IMG/VR virus record: IMGVR_UViG_3300044835_000040
Coordinates: 32,001-96,000 of that record
Length of the DNA stretch: 64,000 nucleotides
Source of the DNA: a virus
Reading direction: 5' to 3' (one strand)
A model generated the notes under the pieces. It searched no databases. It was not told where the DNA came from and was given only the letters and a program-made list of their open reading frames with translations. This document shows, piece after piece, positions 63,089 to 64,000 of this stretch (the stretch's first letter is position 1; each line of letters begins with the position of its first letter). Both the position numbers and the translations under genes were made by a program.

Positions 63089-63727
63089 ATGTTGGGACGA
63101 CGCTCAGTCGTCGCGTTCGCCGTCGTGGCTGCACTGGTGGGCGTGGTAGGAGCGCCGGGCGCGGGGTCTGCGGACACCGCGATAGTCGCACCGCCGTTGT
63201 CGCCGACGCTGGCGCCGACGGTGCTGGAAGTGAAGGTCGTGAGGCCGCCGCACAGGAAGATCGTGCATCGGCGGTTCGTGCCGTGGTCGGAGCCGTCGTT
63301 TGCTCAGGCGCAGCAGATCATCACGATCGAGGCCGAACGCGAGGGTGTGTCGCGGGCCGGGTTGGAAAACCGGCTGATGTGCGAGAGCAAACTCGTGTGG
63401 TCGGCCAAGAACGGCCAGTACGAAGGGATCGGGCAGTTCGCCTCGGAGACGTTCGGCCGGGGGATGGGCTCGATCGGGTCGCGGCGTGTGGAGGTGCGCG
63501 AGGAACGCGTGCGGCGTGTCGTGGCGAAGCGGGTGCACGTGATGAGCGACGGCAGCGAAGTCGTCGTCGCGCGCTGGCGCGTGAAGCAGGTCGTGGTGTA
63601 CATCGAGCGGGGAATGATCCCGCGCGACCCGCCGCTGACGCACGCGTGGGCACAGGTACGGATCGCCGCGGAGGCCATCGCCGGAAGGTCGGCTGTGTCG
63701 TCCTCGGAGTGGTCGTGTAGCACCTGA
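63089..63727 (+). CDS. Secreted lytic transglycosylase/Rpf-like protein
   Basis: Signal peptide MLGRRSVVAFAVVAALVGVV; LMCES...NGQYEGIGQF. Confidence 0.65.
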   Translation: MLGRRSVVAFAVVAALVGVVGAPGAGSADTAIVAPPLSPTLAPTVLEVKVVRPPHRKIVHRRFVPWSEPSFAQAQQIITIEAEREGVSRAGLENRLMCESKLVWSAKNGQYEGIGQFASETFGRGMGSIGSRRVEVREERVRRVVAKRVHVMSDGSEVVVARWRVKQVVVYIERGMIPRDPPLTHAWAQVRIAAEAIAGRSAVSSSEWSCST

Positions 63728-63799
63728 GAGGAGACGGGTTGGTCGGCGGCCAGGGATGGCGCCGACCGGTCGTTTCGCCAGCACTGGAGCCAGATTCGG

Positions 63800-63872
63800 A
63801 GCGACCGTCTGTCGCACGCGACTTGACGCGTTCGATAGAATGTTAGTGCAACCGATTCTTGTGGAGGTGCGA
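63800..63872 (+). promoter_or_regulatory. Degenerate operator, -10, conserved leader and RBS
   Basis: AGCGACCGTCTGTCGC 63800; TAGAAT 63836; GCAACCGAT 63848; GGAGGTGCGA 63863. Confidence 0.65.
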
Positions 63873-64000
63873 ATGGCGACTCTCGAAGTCGTGCAGGACG
63901 AGCGGGCAGCAAGGGCGAGGCTGCGTCATCTGCAGAAGGCGCGCAAGGCAGCGGAGCGGGCGCGCGAGCGCCGACGCCGCGAGGACGAGCGCGCGAGGTC
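63873..64000 (+). CDS. Partial (3'-truncated) Arg-rich protein
   Basis: ATG after the shared RBS; open to window end. Confidence 0.55.
   Translation, partial: MATLEVVQDERAARARLRHLQKARKAAERARERRRREDERAR

Overview
The whole window is part of a GC-rich tailed phage (or prophage) genome with a contractile tail. An actinobacterial host, possibly Thermoleophilia, is inferred from the high GC, leaderless starts and a YGGGH-type NlpC/P60. All credible genes are on the + strand except one GIY-YIG nuclease. Gene order: small genes, portal (about 2.6-4.8 kb), an expanded head module (6.6-22.4 kb), protease/scaffold, decoration, major capsid, neck, sheath, tube, chaperones, tape measure, baseplate, collagen fibre plus glycosyltransferase, tail fibres, lysis/cell-wall enzymes, RecT-like and Cas4-like recombination genes, HerA-like ATPase, lambda O-like initiator with iterons, DnaC-like loader, RuvC-like resolvase and HNH nucleases. 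No terminase, integrase, tRNA or CRISPR array was recognised. Two candidate new systems stand out. (1) An approximately 90-nt ORF-less RNA (5398-5487) behind a late-type promoter displays ATCTCGCACCTCCT, the exact reverse complement of an extended ribosome-binding/start motif (GGAGGTGCGAGAT) shared by 6-7 non-structural genes, while the first genes of late operons look leaderless; this suggests a trans-acting translational early-to-late switch. (2) Five head-module proteins carry a repeated tag, F-x-E-x-L-H-P-R-D-x-x-G-K-F/W or variants, usually just after a V-x-E-A/G putative prohead-protease site and in front of enzyme modules (kinase, ADP-ribosyltransferase, Nudix, zeta-like kinase); this suggests virion-packaged, proteolytically released effector polyproteins. 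All product calls come from motif recognition by eye, with no database searches.
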